A DNA stretch of 64,000 nt from assembly GCA_030648515.1 (NCBI GenBank), contig JAUSHK010000005.1:48383-112382 (forward strand). The letters are read 5' to 3'. The stretch comes from Candidatus Jorgensenbacteria bacterium. GTDB taxonomy: Bacteria; Patescibacteriota; Minisyncoccia; UBA6257; GWB1-50-10. The translations under genes were made by a program, and so were the position numbers. The notes under the pieces were generated by a model, which was given only the letters and a program-made list of their open reading frames with translations, was not told where the DNA came from and did not search any database. Shown piece by piece: positions 1-8,615 of this stretch (its first letter is position 1; every line of letters starts with the position of its first letter).

Positions 1-63
1 GTTGTTTCGGATGGGAATTTCATATTCCCCTGCTGGTTAGCGCAATCGGCGCGTGGTAAATCT

Positions 64-98
64 AAAAAAGCCAAGGAAAAAGGATCCTTGGCTTTTTG
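64..98. terminator. Bidirectional rho-independent terminator hairpin (GCCAAGGA...TCCTTGGC) with an A-run on one side and a T-run on the other
   Basis: Perfect 8-bp stem around the palindromic core aggatcct. Flanked by aaaaaa and ttttt. Lies just downstream of the small minus-strand ORF ending at 113. Confidence 0.5.
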
Positions 99-112
99 TT
101 TTACCGAGAAAT

Positions 113-241
113 CTACGCTTCACAGTCGCACGATTCGCACTTTCCTCCGTCGTGCTTTTCGTGATGGCACTCGTTGCAGTGGCAATCACATGAACCGTGA
201 TCATGCTCGTGTTCCTCGCCGCACTTTTTGCAGAATACCAT
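113..241 (-). CDS. Small Cys/His-rich peptide, 42 aa (MVFCKKCGEEHEHDHGSCDCHCNECHHEKHDGGKCESCDCEA); putative metal-binding mini-protein
   Basis: Hand-translated from the minus strand. Below the ORF-track length cutoff. Followed by the hairpin terminator at 64-98. There are 10 Cys and 8 His in 42 aa. Confidence 0.3.
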   Translation of the reverse strand: MVFCKKCGEEHEHDHGSCDCHCNECHHEKHDGGKCESCDCEA

Positions 242-323
242 AGGTATGTTTTGTTTGTTTTATTTTATGCGCATCGACTCCTTGCGCATATCAGAACAAT
301 AAATACTGCACGCAATCCACTTA

Positions 324-647
324 CTATCTTGGGATCGCAAGGGCAAGGGACGCGAGAACTGCGACGGTAATAATAAGCAGAGCCGCTGCTGTATATATTG
401 CAAGTTTTAGCCCCTCTTTTTTCTTGCCGTCTAGATACCACATAATCGGCCGCGCAAAGACGAGAAGCCCGGTGATTGTCGCCGAAGCCACAAAAAGCAG
501 AAGAAAGCTGATGGGCCCGAACATGCTTTTATCCGCCACTGTTCCTAAAAGCGGGCCTACGTTAGTCATGAAAAACGCGACAAGTACGACATAGAGCGAG
601 GTTGCTACGGCATGCAAAACTGCGTACGAGATAATTTTCTTGTTCAT
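324..647 (-). CDS. Hypothetical integral membrane protein (3-4 predicted TM helices)
   Basis: 107-aa ORF, strongly hydrophobic. No recognisable motif. Confidence 0.45.
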   Translation of the reverse strand: MNKKIISYAVLHAVATSLYVVLVAFFMTNVGPLLGTVADKSMFGPISFLLLFVASATITGLLVFARPIMWYLDGKKKEGLKLAIYTAAALLIITVAVLASLALAIPR

Positions 648-656
648 ATATTTATT

Positions 657-1232
657 TTATTTCATCGGCTGCTGAGCCTGCTGATTTTCAACTAACTTGC
701 CGTTTTCTATTGTAAGATATTTTGATACTCCAACTGAAGGTTGTGCCGTCATCGGTTCGCCTGGTTTCCTATCCGCATAGTTTACAACAATCATCCCATA
801 ATGGCTATCCGAAGGCCTCGTTTCTGAAATCAAGTTAATATTTTGCGGGGCAATTCTGTCTCCTAAGTGTATGGCGTTTGTGCCTACGTATCCGCCGTTT
901 TCATTCAACGCCGCCGCGGCGTAATAAAATGTTCCACTCCCGCCGGGATTTTGAGCTATAAATACCGCCGCCTCATTTTTTCCATCTTTATTTAAATCTC
1001 CATAAACCGGATCGCCAAAAATTGACGTTGTTATTTTTGTTGCCGAATCAAACGATATTTCAATTTCCGATTCTCCGTTAACAAAAGTTATTCTGTTCCC
1101 GTCAATGATATACGTTGCGTTTAACGGACTCGCGGCTTGCGTGCTTGGCGCCGAGACCTGCGGCTTCTCCCATACAAACCAGCCTATACCGGCAATGATT
1201 ATTACCGCAATAAGAATTATTAACTTATTCAT
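657..1232 (-). CDS. Hypothetical membrane-anchored extracytoplasmic protein
   Basis: 191-aa ORF. N-terminal TM helix (LIILIAVIIIAGIGWFVW), then a Gly/Asn-rich soluble region. Confidence 0.45.
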   Translation of the reverse strand: MNKLIILIAVIIIAGIGWFVWEKPQVSAPSTQAASPLNATYIIDGNRITFVNGESEIEISFDSATKITTSIFGDPVYGDLNKDGKNEAAVFIAQNPGGSGTFYYAAAALNENGGYVGTNAIHLGDRIAPQNINLISETRPSDSHYGMIVVNYADRKPGEPMTAQPSVGVSKYLTIENGKLVENQQAQQPMK

Positions 1233-1256
1233 ATACGGTCAGTGTAGCACACGCGG

Positions 1257-2729
1257 TTAATCTGACACAGCTTTGTTAGCGGCATTAGCCATCGCCACGA
1301 TTGCGGCGCTGTCCGGCTTGTACCGATGAAGCGGCGCGAGTCCCTGTTGCCACGCCGTAATAAAGGGGTCAATGAAATGCCACATCGCGGCTATCTCGGC
1401 GCTTGAGACAAAGAGCGTCTGGTCTCCGCTCACGCAATCGAGAAGTAATTTTTCATACTCTTCCGTATATTGGCTTTTCGTTGATTCGCGGTCGCGGAAA
1501 TCAAATCGGAATGACCGCTCTTCAAGCTCAAGCGCATAGCCGGGCTTTTTGGCGTAGAAAGAAACAGTGATGCCTTCGTTCGGTTCCGTACGGATAATGA
1601 TACGGTTTCGAACATGATCTTTTCCTGGCGGGCAGAGACAGGGTTCGGGGTGCTTTAAAATAATCTCAACCTCCTTGAGCGGCGCGCCGAGCCGTTTGCC
1701 GCCTTCCATAATAATCGGGACGCTTTTCCATTGCGGCGCGGACAGAAATCCGCGGACGCGGAAATACGTTTCGGTATCGGAATCGGACGCGACGCCGCGG
1801 ATAGTGCGATACCCCTCGTACTGCGCGCGGAACGAGTTTGTCGCCGCATCAGCGATTGTCGGGGCAATGAGTGTCTTAAGTAGTTTTGTGCGCGCCGTGC
1901 GGATAGCGGCGGCGTCATAGCTCTCGGGCCGCTTCATAGTGAGAAGCGCAAGAATTTCAAGAAGATGGTTTTGCCCCACGTCGCGAAGCGCTCCCACGCC
2001 GTCATAAAATTCGCCGCGGTCCTCCACACCCTTACTTTCAAAAAGGCGGATATGAATACTTTGAATAAATTTGCGCCCCCACTCTGCTTCAAAGAGATTA
2101 TTTCCAAATCGAAACGCGATAATGTTCTGAAACATCTCTTTGGCGAGATAATGGTCAATGCGGTAGATTTGTTCTTCTTTGAAAAGTTTTGAAAGCTGTT
2201 TATCAAGCGCTTTTGCGCTTTTTCTGTCGCTTCCGAACGGTTTTTCAACGATAACCCGCGTCCATCCCTCACCTGACCCGCCGCACGGCTTTGTAAGTCC
2301 GCTTTGATGGAGATTATTAAAAATAACGCTATAGAACTGCGGCGGTACCGAGAGGTAAAAAAGCTTATTTGAGCACTGACCCCACTCGTCATCAATCTGC
2401 TTCAGTATTTTGCCGAGAACGCGATAGTTGCTTTCTTCGGAGAACGTGAGCTGGTGGTAACTTGTGAGATTTAGAAATCCGTTGCGCGCCAATCGCGCCG
2501 CTTTCGGGATTGCGTCACCGATAATTGATTTGACGTGCTTTTTAAAATCGCTGTCCTGCCAGTTGCGGCGCGATACGCCGACGAGCCGGAACCGAGACGG
2601 CAATGCTTGCTCCTTGTGCAAATGGAAAAGCGCCGGCACGATTTTTTTCGCCATTAAATCGCCCGTCGCGCCCAAGACGACCATGATGGTCGGCGCTCCT
2701 AAACTGGCAGGATTTATATTCTTTGCCAT
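1257..2729 (-). CDS. zwf: Glucose-6-phosphate 1-dehydrogenase
   Basis: Motifs VVLGATGDLMAKKIVPALF (NADP-binding), EKPFG and RIDHYLAKE. The start is chosen at internal Met (MAKNINP) because the longer track ORF 1257..2798 would overlap the upstream gene; alternative start at 2798. Confidence 0.85.
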   Translation of the reverse strand: MAKNINPASLGAPTIMVVLGATGDLMAKKIVPALFHLHKEQALPSRFRLVGVSRRNWQDSDFKKHVKSIIGDAIPKAARLARNGFLNLTSYHQLTFSEESNYRVLGKILKQIDDEWGQCSNKLFYLSVPPQFYSVIFNNLHQSGLTKPCGGSGEGWTRVIVEKPFGSDRKSAKALDKQLSKLFKEEQIYRIDHYLAKEMFQNIIAFRFGNNLFEAEWGRKFIQSIHIRLFESKGVEDRGEFYDGVGALRDVGQNHLLEILALLTMKRPESYDAAAIRTARTKLLKTLIAPTIADAATNSFRAQYEGYRTIRGVASDSDTETYFRVRGFLSAPQWKSVPIIMEGGKRLGAPLKEVEIILKHPEPCLCPPGKDHVRNRIIIRTEPNEGITVSFYAKKPGYALELEERSFRFDFRDRESTKSQYTEEYEKLLLDCVSGDQTLFVSSAEIAAMWHFIDPFITAWQQGLAPLHRYKPDSAAIVAMANAANKAVSD

Positions 2730-2766
2730 GATATTGCCGTATAAGTAATACGGATTGGTCCGTTGT

Positions 2767-3144
2767 TTATTTTTTCCAGTACGCTTTGAAATTTTCAACT
2801 TCGGATACCAGCGTTTCTGCTGACTGTCCCGCGTATCGAATGGCTTTGTCGTCTATATATATCCACGCCACCGGTTTTCCGGGGTTTTCTCCCTGCATTT
2901 CCGGATTATGATTAATGAAATCAAAAGGAATTGAGAATTTCTCGCAATATTTTCTGATAAATTCATCCCCGCGCGTTGAATATATGAGAATCCTGAATCC
3001 TTTTTCTTTCAACAAACGCATTGCTTTTACCGTTTCCGTTACCGGTTCCTGAACGTCGCTGTGCGACACAAACCCGTTGTATTGCGCGATTGTTCCGTCA
3101 AAATCAAAAGCTATAATTCTTCCCTTTTTTATTGTTTGTTCCAT
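2767..3144 (-). CDS. Small HAD-superfamily hydrolase (phosphatase-like)
   Basis: N-terminal DxDGT motif (IIAFDFDGTIAQ), plus downstream STRG and IYIDDK motifs typical of the HAD fold. 125 aa. Confidence 0.55.
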   Translation of the reverse strand: MEQTIKKGRIIAFDFDGTIAQYNGFVSHSDVQEPVTETVKAMRLLKEKGFRILIYSTRGDEFIRKYCEKFSIPFDFINHNPEMQGENPGKPVAWIYIDDKAIRYAGQSAETLVSEVENFKAYWKK

Positions 3145-3157
3145 GCAGCAAATAAAA

Positions 3158-3892
3158 CTACATCTCCGCTTCTTTTCTTAAGATATAGTTGGTGGACATA
3201 TCACCGCCGTCAACTGTAATAGTAGTGCCGTTTATATAACTTGATTTATCAGAGAGCAAAAAACTTACAACTTGAGCGATTTCCTCGTAGGTGCCGACTC
3301 TCTTAAGCGGATTAAGCGACGCGACTTCCTTAAGCAGTTCTTTCGGAGCTCCCATGCCGCCACCTATCCACCCGGGGGCAATGGCGTTCGTTCGTATCTT
3401 TTTCGGAGCGAGAATATTAGCAAGGCTTTGGGTTATATTAATGAGGGCTGCTTTGCTTGCGGAATAAGCCATGCCTGAAAAAGAACCAATCATGCCGTCG
3501 GTGCTTGAAATATTTACAATTGAAGCATCTTTTTCAAGATTTTCTTTTAAACCCTCTATTAATAAAAGCGGGGCATTTAAGTTAATCTCAAAAGTTTTTT
3601 CCCATACTTTCATATCAAAATTATTAAGGTCAACATCAATAAAAACGCCCGCACTATTCACGATTCCCTTGAAACGAAATTTGCCTAATTTTTGTATTAA
3701 AGCTTCTGTATTTTTCCTGTTGCTGAAATCACATTGAAACATCTCAATGTTTTTAAGTTTATTCTTGAGCTTCTCGGCTTCTTCTTTTCCCGTGTTATAA
3801 ATTCCATACACAAAATAACCCTCTTTTACCAAAAGTTGCGCGACTGCCTTACCCATTCCACTTGATACGCCGGTTACGAGAATGTTTTTCAT
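3158..3892 (-). CDS. Short-chain dehydrogenase/reductase (SDR) family oxidoreductase
   Basis: TGVSSGMGKA glycine-rich NAD(P)-binding motif at the N-terminus; catalytic YxxxK (YSASK). 244 aa. Confidence 0.8.
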   Translation of the reverse strand: MKNILVTGVSSGMGKAVAQLLVKEGYFVYGIYNTGKEEAEKLKNKLKNIEMFQCDFSNRKNTEALIQKLGKFRFKGIVNSAGVFIDVDLNNFDMKVWEKTFEINLNAPLLLIEGLKENLEKDASIVNISSTDGMIGSFSGMAYSASKAALINITQSLANILAPKKIRTNAIAPGWIGGGMGAPKELLKEVASLNPLKRVGTYEEIAQVVSFLLSDKSSYINGTTITVDGGDMSTNYILRKEAEM

Positions 3893-3917
3893 AAGTTGAT
3901 TATAGCAATTTCTCGTA

Positions 3918-4382
3918 TTATAAAATTTTAAGTTCGGAGAGCCATTCTTTCCAGACGGGTTCTATGCCGGGCGATGATTGCCACTCCGTTTCGCTTATTT
4001 TCCCCAAAATATAGTTTTCTGTTCTCTCGGCAAGTTTGCGAATTTGCTCTTTTGTATACCAGCCGTATTGCTTGGTTTCACTTGGGCTTGCTGTAACCTT
4101 CCCTTCTGTTTTCACTTCAAAGATTTTCCAGTAATGCCATGTGCCGTCCTCGCGCCTGCAAGGATTTTCTTTTCTGCCTTCGGCAAGTAATGTAATTTTT
4201 TTGGCATTGAGACCAACTTCTTCTTCAACTTCCTTCCGTGCCGCATCTTCAAAAGACCCATGGTCGTCAATGTGGCCGGCGGGAGGAGCAAAACCATACG
4301 GCGGCTTGCGCCGTTCAATAAGAAGTAGTTTGTCGCCATCCCAAATAAGCATTCCGACGCTTTTATGGTCGCAAATCGCCAT
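3918..4382 (-). CDS. Nudix hydrolase
   Basis: Nudix-box-like segment GHIDDHGSFEDAARKEVEEEVGL. 154 aa. Its stop lies 1 nt from the start of the upstream gene (4384), suggesting translational coupling. Confidence 0.6.
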   Translation of the reverse strand: MAICDHKSVGMLIWDGDKLLLIERRKPPYGFAPPAGHIDDHGSFEDAARKEVEEEVGLNAKKITLLAEGRKENPCRREDGTWHYWKIFEVKTEGKVTASPSETKQYGWYTKEQIRKLAERTENYILGKISETEWQSSPGIEPVWKEWLSELKIL

Positions 4383-4383
4383 A

Positions 4384-4791
4384 TTACGCTATTTTTGTAA
4401 GGTCGCCGTTCAGTACGACTGGCTCAACTGTCAGTATCTCGTCCTCAATATATTTTTGGCTGGGAATTGCGTTTAATAGATAGATTTTCTTATCCCGATA
4501 GTGCGCGAAACCAACTTCAAGAAACGTGTTTGCCCCGATGTAATTTTCAACTTCCCCTTTCGTAATATTCATGACAAGAATGGCGTCTGATTTTTCTATT
4601 TTATCCATGTGTTCCGATATAAGCCCCAATTTCTTTTTTGCCTGAACCCGGCCGGCATTATCCTTAGACCAATAATCAACGCCGTCGGCTTTTATTGGCA
4701 TGAGAACTGTGTGGCCCATTTGCTCAAGCTTACCTTTCACTCCGAGCATTTGGTCAAAGAATTTTATAGATCCGCAAACGGTAATAGTCAT
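4384..4791 (-). CDS. Nucleoside 2-deoxyribosyltransferase-like / LOG-like (SLOG-type Rossmann) small protein, paralog 1
   Basis: 135 aa. Motif NYIGANTFLEVGFA...KKIYLLN resembles the GxT(A/F)xExG(Y/F)A glycine-rich site of the NDT/LOG clan. Clear paralog of 16002..16412. Confidence 0.5.
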   Translation of the reverse strand: MTITVCGSIKFFDQMLGVKGKLEQMGHTVLMPIKADGVDYWSKDNAGRVQAKKKLGLISEHMDKIEKSDAILVMNITKGEVENYIGANTFLEVGFAHYRDKKIYLLNAIPSQKYIEDEILTVEPVVLNGDLTKIA

Positions 4792-4829
4792 GTTTGTATT
4801 ATACTTTATTTTTCGTTTTATTCTATGAC

Positions 4830-5879
4830 TTATACGGTCTGAACTGGCCCGCCTTGATTTGTGCGGTTCAATTTGCGCGAGCGCTGGTACGCTTCAATCT
4901 CACTTAATTTAAGCGCTGTTGTGGTGTTTCCTGTGCGCACATAGAAGTGTTCGTCATTGTCTGTTTTTAAATATACCGGCATTCTACTTTTAAGCGTCTG
5001 GACGACGCAGAGGTTTGTTTGCCCAGCGCTCGGAAACCATAGTTTCACAAGGTGGCGGAACTCCGGTCCGATCATGACGTTAAATACTTGCGTGAAATGA
5101 TTCTCAAATCCGTCGCTGTTCTGATGCTGGAGTGTTTGGTAATCATTCATAAGCCCAATCGGTTCCCGCGCGTTGTTTACGCCTATCACAAGCTCGCCGC
5201 CGTGCGAGTTCAAAAACGCGGCAACCGTTTTCATTGCCGCTTTTTCTAAATCGCGGTTCATTTTGCCGCTATGGTGGTCAAAACGAAGAGATGATTTGAA
5301 TTCAAGGTGCTCGTGCTCTTCAGTTCCAAGAAGTTTCTGCACGTCGGGCGCGGTAAAGCTGTCCCGTTCCGGGTTTATGCATTCTTCTATCGTCTCCACG
5401 AGTTCATCCGGCCGCGAAACATCTGCGATGACAAATGCCGTACCGGAAGAATCGTCTTTAATGCGAATTGAGCCATAATGAAACAGTTTCCCTGGTAGAT
5501 TAGAAGAAACGGTTGCCGTCATGGATTTTTTGAGTGAAACCGCAGTATTCTTTTTCAAGAAGACGCCGCGCTGATGCGAAATAATCCCAGGGCCCGCGGA
5601 ATATGACTCAAAATACCAGCGCGCGAACGCGTAGATAGTAACAAAAAGCTGTACGCCAGCAAGAAATATGAGCTTCGCAATGCTGTATGGAAGCACGCCG
5701 GAAAAGAAGAACGACTGCGTGTAGAGGTCGTATTTGTAGCTGCCGCCGCCGAGGACGAGGAGATATGCGATGAATATAAGAAGCTCTATCCCGATAAACG
5801 TTCGGACGAGAATAAATGGGCTTTTTTTGATTGTTACTACAGTATCGCCCAAACTCTTCATGTATCTAGTGTAAAACAA
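4830..5879 (-). CDS. Membrane protein with N-terminal bPH_2-like (YdbT-like) membrane domain and C-terminal AlbA_2 (Schlafen-type putative nucleic-acid-binding) domain
   Basis: Two TM helices, then a PH-like segment (SYSAGPGIISHQRGVFLKK...HYGSIRI). The C-terminal region EHEHLEFKSSL...MKTVAAFLNSHGGELVIGVNN...HFYVRTGNTTTALKLSEIEAY matches the AlbA_2 signature (E..LEFK ... AFaN..GG.l.iGv). Confidence 0.5.
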   Translation of the reverse strand: MFYTRYMKSLGDTVVTIKKSPFILVRTFIGIELLIFIAYLLVLGGGSYKYDLYTQSFFFSGVLPYSIAKLIFLAGVQLFVTIYAFARWYFESYSAGPGIISHQRGVFLKKNTAVSLKKSMTATVSSNLPGKLFHYGSIRIKDDSSGTAFVIADVSRPDELVETIEECINPERDSFTAPDVQKLLGTEEHEHLEFKSSLRFDHHSGKMNRDLEKAAMKTVAAFLNSHGGELVIGVNNAREPIGLMNDYQTLQHQNSDGFENHFTQVFNVMIGPEFRHLVKLWFPSAGQTNLCVVQTLKSRMPVYLKTDNDEHFYVRTGNTTTALKLSEIEAYQRSRKLNRTNQGGPVQTV

Positions 5880-5962
5880 AATTTAATTGGAGCAAAGGAA
5901 GATGCGACTTCTTCTTTGTGAACGAAGCTTTATTGCAAAAAGGCTAATTTTGATTTTTATGA

Positions 5963-6697
5963 TTAGTTTTGTAAGTCTTGTTGATGCGTCTTGGTTTCTG
6001 GTGTTTGAAGATTAATAATTTCTTTGTTGTTAGAATTTTTTTGCTCTATCTGTTGTTGTTTGATTTTAGTTTTATCTTCTGCTCTTTTTGAAAATAATGA
6101 CGACAAATCTTTGTTATGCAGCCATTCTTGGGGCGCTGGTATTATTTGATTTTTAAAACTCTCAGTAGTTTTATCTTCTAATGTCTGAATCATCATTCCA
6201 ATAATCATTAAAAAATTACCTCTTGGATTAATCATTTCCGACACTATGCGCCCCCTAGATCCTTCCGGAAATAAATTTCTACCTTTCTTGTATACTTCTG
6301 ATACGCTCTGAGAAGACGAGACTAGACTTTCTAGAAAATCTTTTATTCTTCCGGTATTAAAACTTGAGCCATAAACATTATGCGCAAAGTCATTTCTCAT
6401 TTTTCTTATTATGTTAAAATTTTGTGTAAATTTTGCACTTATTAAGCCAAGTCTAAATGCTAACTGAATCTTCGAATTAAATGTTGACACTGGCGCGTTA
6501 TTTTGATCAAATAGTTCATCCTCACTAGTCGTCGTAGGAGCCAAGTGAGATTTCAAGAGGGTGGTTAAAGTATTTTCTAATAATGATACCGATAATATAG
6601 CAGCAGCACGATCTGTTTCTTTTGAAAATTCATTTATAAGAAAGTCCCCTTTTTCCCACGTTGTTTCATGTGAAGATTGGTTATTTGCGTTTTCCAT
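5963..6697 (-). CDS. HEPN-superfamily protein, MtlR/Abi-like (Rx4H motif RNDFAH) with Q/K/N-rich low-complexity C-terminal tail
   Basis: Segment FNSKIQLAFRLGLISAKFTQNFNIIRKMRNDFAHN carries the HEPN Rx4-6H signature. The gene sits in a strongly AT-rich stretch (5880-6760), unlike its flanks. Confidence 0.5.
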   Translation of the reverse strand: MENANNQSSHETTWEKGDFLINEFSKETDRAAAILSVSLLENTLTTLLKSHLAPTTTSEDELFDQNNAPVSTFNSKIQLAFRLGLISAKFTQNFNIIRKMRNDFAHNVYGSSFNTGRIKDFLESLVSSSQSVSEVYKKGRNLFPEGSRGRIVSEMINPRGNFLMIIGMMIQTLEDKTTESFKNQIIPAPQEWLHNKDLSSLFSKRAEDKTKIKQQQIEQKNSNNKEIINLQTPETKTHQQDLQN

Positions 6698-6755
6698 GTT
6701 TTTATTTTATTATTTTAGTACTTCTAAATCTTTTTTGATACTACATTTATCCTAA

Positions 6756-7673
6756 TTAGCCTCTACTCAACCAATCAGCTATCGTTTTTGCCAGCTGTTT
6801 CTCGCGGCCCTTAAATCCGTGGTCCGCGCCTTTAATAATCCGGTAATCTAGTTTCGGTTGATACTGTTTCAGTATCTCAACAATTTTTGGCACATTGCCC
6901 CAGGCGTACTGGTCTTTATCTCCGTATACGACAAGGGATTGTTTTTTGATGGATTTGAAATACCGAAAGAGCGGTTTTGTTGAAAGCTTCTTTTTCCGAA
7001 GAACTTCGTAGAACGGAAATGTGTTATAGTCCCCATCTGGATTTGCTGCGTCATAAAATCCAGCGTAGGAAAATATTTCGTCAGGCAGAATTTCTTTGAT
7101 AATTTCTCCGCCTCGCTTGGCTTTTATTTTTCTTTTGGCCTCGGAGAGAAGTCTTGAGAACCTGGATTTTCCCAATATATCGTAATAGATGCCGGTATCG
7201 TCGCCTCCGCAAAGAAGAACGTATTTTTTGATGTCGTTTTTCGGCTTATAGAAGTTGTAAACGCAAATCTTATTCGCGCCCGTTGAAGTGCCGATGAGAT
7301 AAAACTCGCGATAGCCCCGTTCTTTAAGAAAAGAAATAGCTCCATCAATATCAGGCACGCATTCTTTTATTTTTTCGTACGCCATTCCAAACAGTTTCCG
7401 TTCATCTTTATTACCACGCTTTACATAAAGATTTTTAATAACGTGCGCTCCCCTATTATTGAAATAAAGGGTTGAAATATTTTTCTCGGCCCAGGCGGAA
7501 GCGAGTATGCTATTTTTTGCTTTGTTGTAAAAAACCGACGAGCCCATACCATGCAAACAGATAGCGACGGCTTTTCCCTTTTTCGCTTTGTATAAAAGCC
7601 CGGGAAGCGTAAGCCCGTCTTTTGTTTGAAATTCCACAAATTCCGGCTGTACGGCGGTGTTTTTCATACTCAA
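6756..7673 (-). CDS. Alpha/beta-hydrolase fold protein (esterase/dienelactone-hydrolase-like)
   Basis: Nucleophile elbow GTSTG (GxSxG). HGMGSS near the N-terminus. 305 aa. Confidence 0.55.
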   Translation of the reverse strand: MSMKNTAVQPEFVEFQTKDGLTLPGLLYKAKKGKAVAICLHGMGSSVFYNKAKNSILASAWAEKNISTLYFNNRGAHVIKNLYVKRGNKDERKLFGMAYEKIKECVPDIDGAISFLKERGYREFYLIGTSTGANKICVYNFYKPKNDIKKYVLLCGGDDTGIYYDILGKSRFSRLLSEAKRKIKAKRGGEIIKEILPDEIFSYAGFYDAANPDGDYNTFPFYEVLRKKKLSTKPLFRYFKSIKKQSLVVYGDKDQYAWGNVPKIVEILKQYQPKLDYRIIKGADHGFKGREKQLAKTIADWLSRG

Positions 7674-7737
7674 TTCAATTGTATGCCGTCGCGGAGAATT
7701 GGTCTACCTGCAGAATTTATGACATAATGACATTACA

Positions 7738-8598
7738 ATGAAAGTATTGAATACGGCATGGTTTATCGCGTTATTGCTTTGTGTTTCTGTGGTTCTAAAA
7801 AGCGCGAGCGCGGCGGCAGATTTTACATTTACACGTAATCTTTCTCTAGGAATTCGCGGAGACGATGTGTCCGCCTTACAACAATTTTTAATTGCCGGCG
7901 GTTTTCTAAAAATTCTTACCCCGACCGGCTACTTCGGCCCCCTTACAACAACCGCTCTTGGCGCGTGGCAGACATCAGTGAGTATTTATCCTCCCGCAGG
8001 TTTTTTCGGCCCTATTTCAAGGGGGAAAATCAACACGGTTGCTCAACAAGCGCCGATCAGTGCAACTTTGGCGAAAGATGCCGTAGGAACAACGACTATT
8101 ATTGCTGAAACAACGAGTACAGCGGTTGTAAATATTATTGACGGGTCTCCGGTTCGCCTCAAAATCCCAAAGCTTAACATTGACGCGGGCTTTCAATATA
8201 ACGGCCTTAAGTCCGATGGGACAATGGAGATACCAAACAATGTTACTGACGTAGGGTGGTTTACAGGCAGTCCGCGCCCCGGAGAAAAAGGGAGTTCTAT
8301 TGTTACCGGACATGTTGCCCAAATACGCGGAGGGATAATGACGAAACCTGGAGTGTTCAGTAATTTGAGCGAATTGAAAATCGGAGACAAATTGTACGTT
8401 CTAAACGACAAAGGAGAATCCATTGCTTTCGTTGTCCGCGAAAGCCGCGTTTATGACCCAACGGCCGACGCCACCGATATTTTTACGCCCGGAGACGGCG
8501 GAATTCATCTTAACCTTATCACCTGCGAGGGTTCCTGGAATCCGGAGAAATTAAGCTATACCCAAAGATTGGTGGTATTCACTGACGCCGTGCAATAA
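7738..8598 (+). CDS. Secreted sortase-family transpeptidase (class E/F-like) with N-terminal peptidoglycan-binding domain
   Basis: Signal peptide; PG_binding_1-like segment (GDDVSALQQFLIAGGFL...GYFGPLTTTALGAWQ). Sortase catalytic triad context TGH ... LNLITC ... R. Confidence 0.65.
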   Translation: MKVLNTAWFIALLLCVSVVLKSASAAADFTFTRNLSLGIRGDDVSALQQFLIAGGFLKILTPTGYFGPLTTTALGAWQTSVSIYPPAGFFGPISRGKINTVAQQAPISATLAKDAVGTTTIIAETTSTAVVNIIDGSPVRLKIPKLNIDAGFQYNGLKSDGTMEIPNNVTDVGWFTGSPRPGEKGSSIVTGHVAQIRGGIMTKPGVFSNLSELKIGDKLYVLNDKGESIAFVVRESRVYDPTADATDIFTPGDGGIHLNLITCEGSWNPEKLSYTQRLVVFTDAVQ

Positions 8599-8615
8599 CT
8601 TTCCTCCCCTGTTTA

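Noticed and set aside
1655-2395. ORFs 1655..1918(-), 1675..1920(+), 1934..2395(-), 1965..2192(+) inside zwf
   Set aside because: Fully nested within the 1.5-kb zwf reading frame, which has diagnostic G6PD motifs. Their compositions are Arg-rich and non-protein-like.
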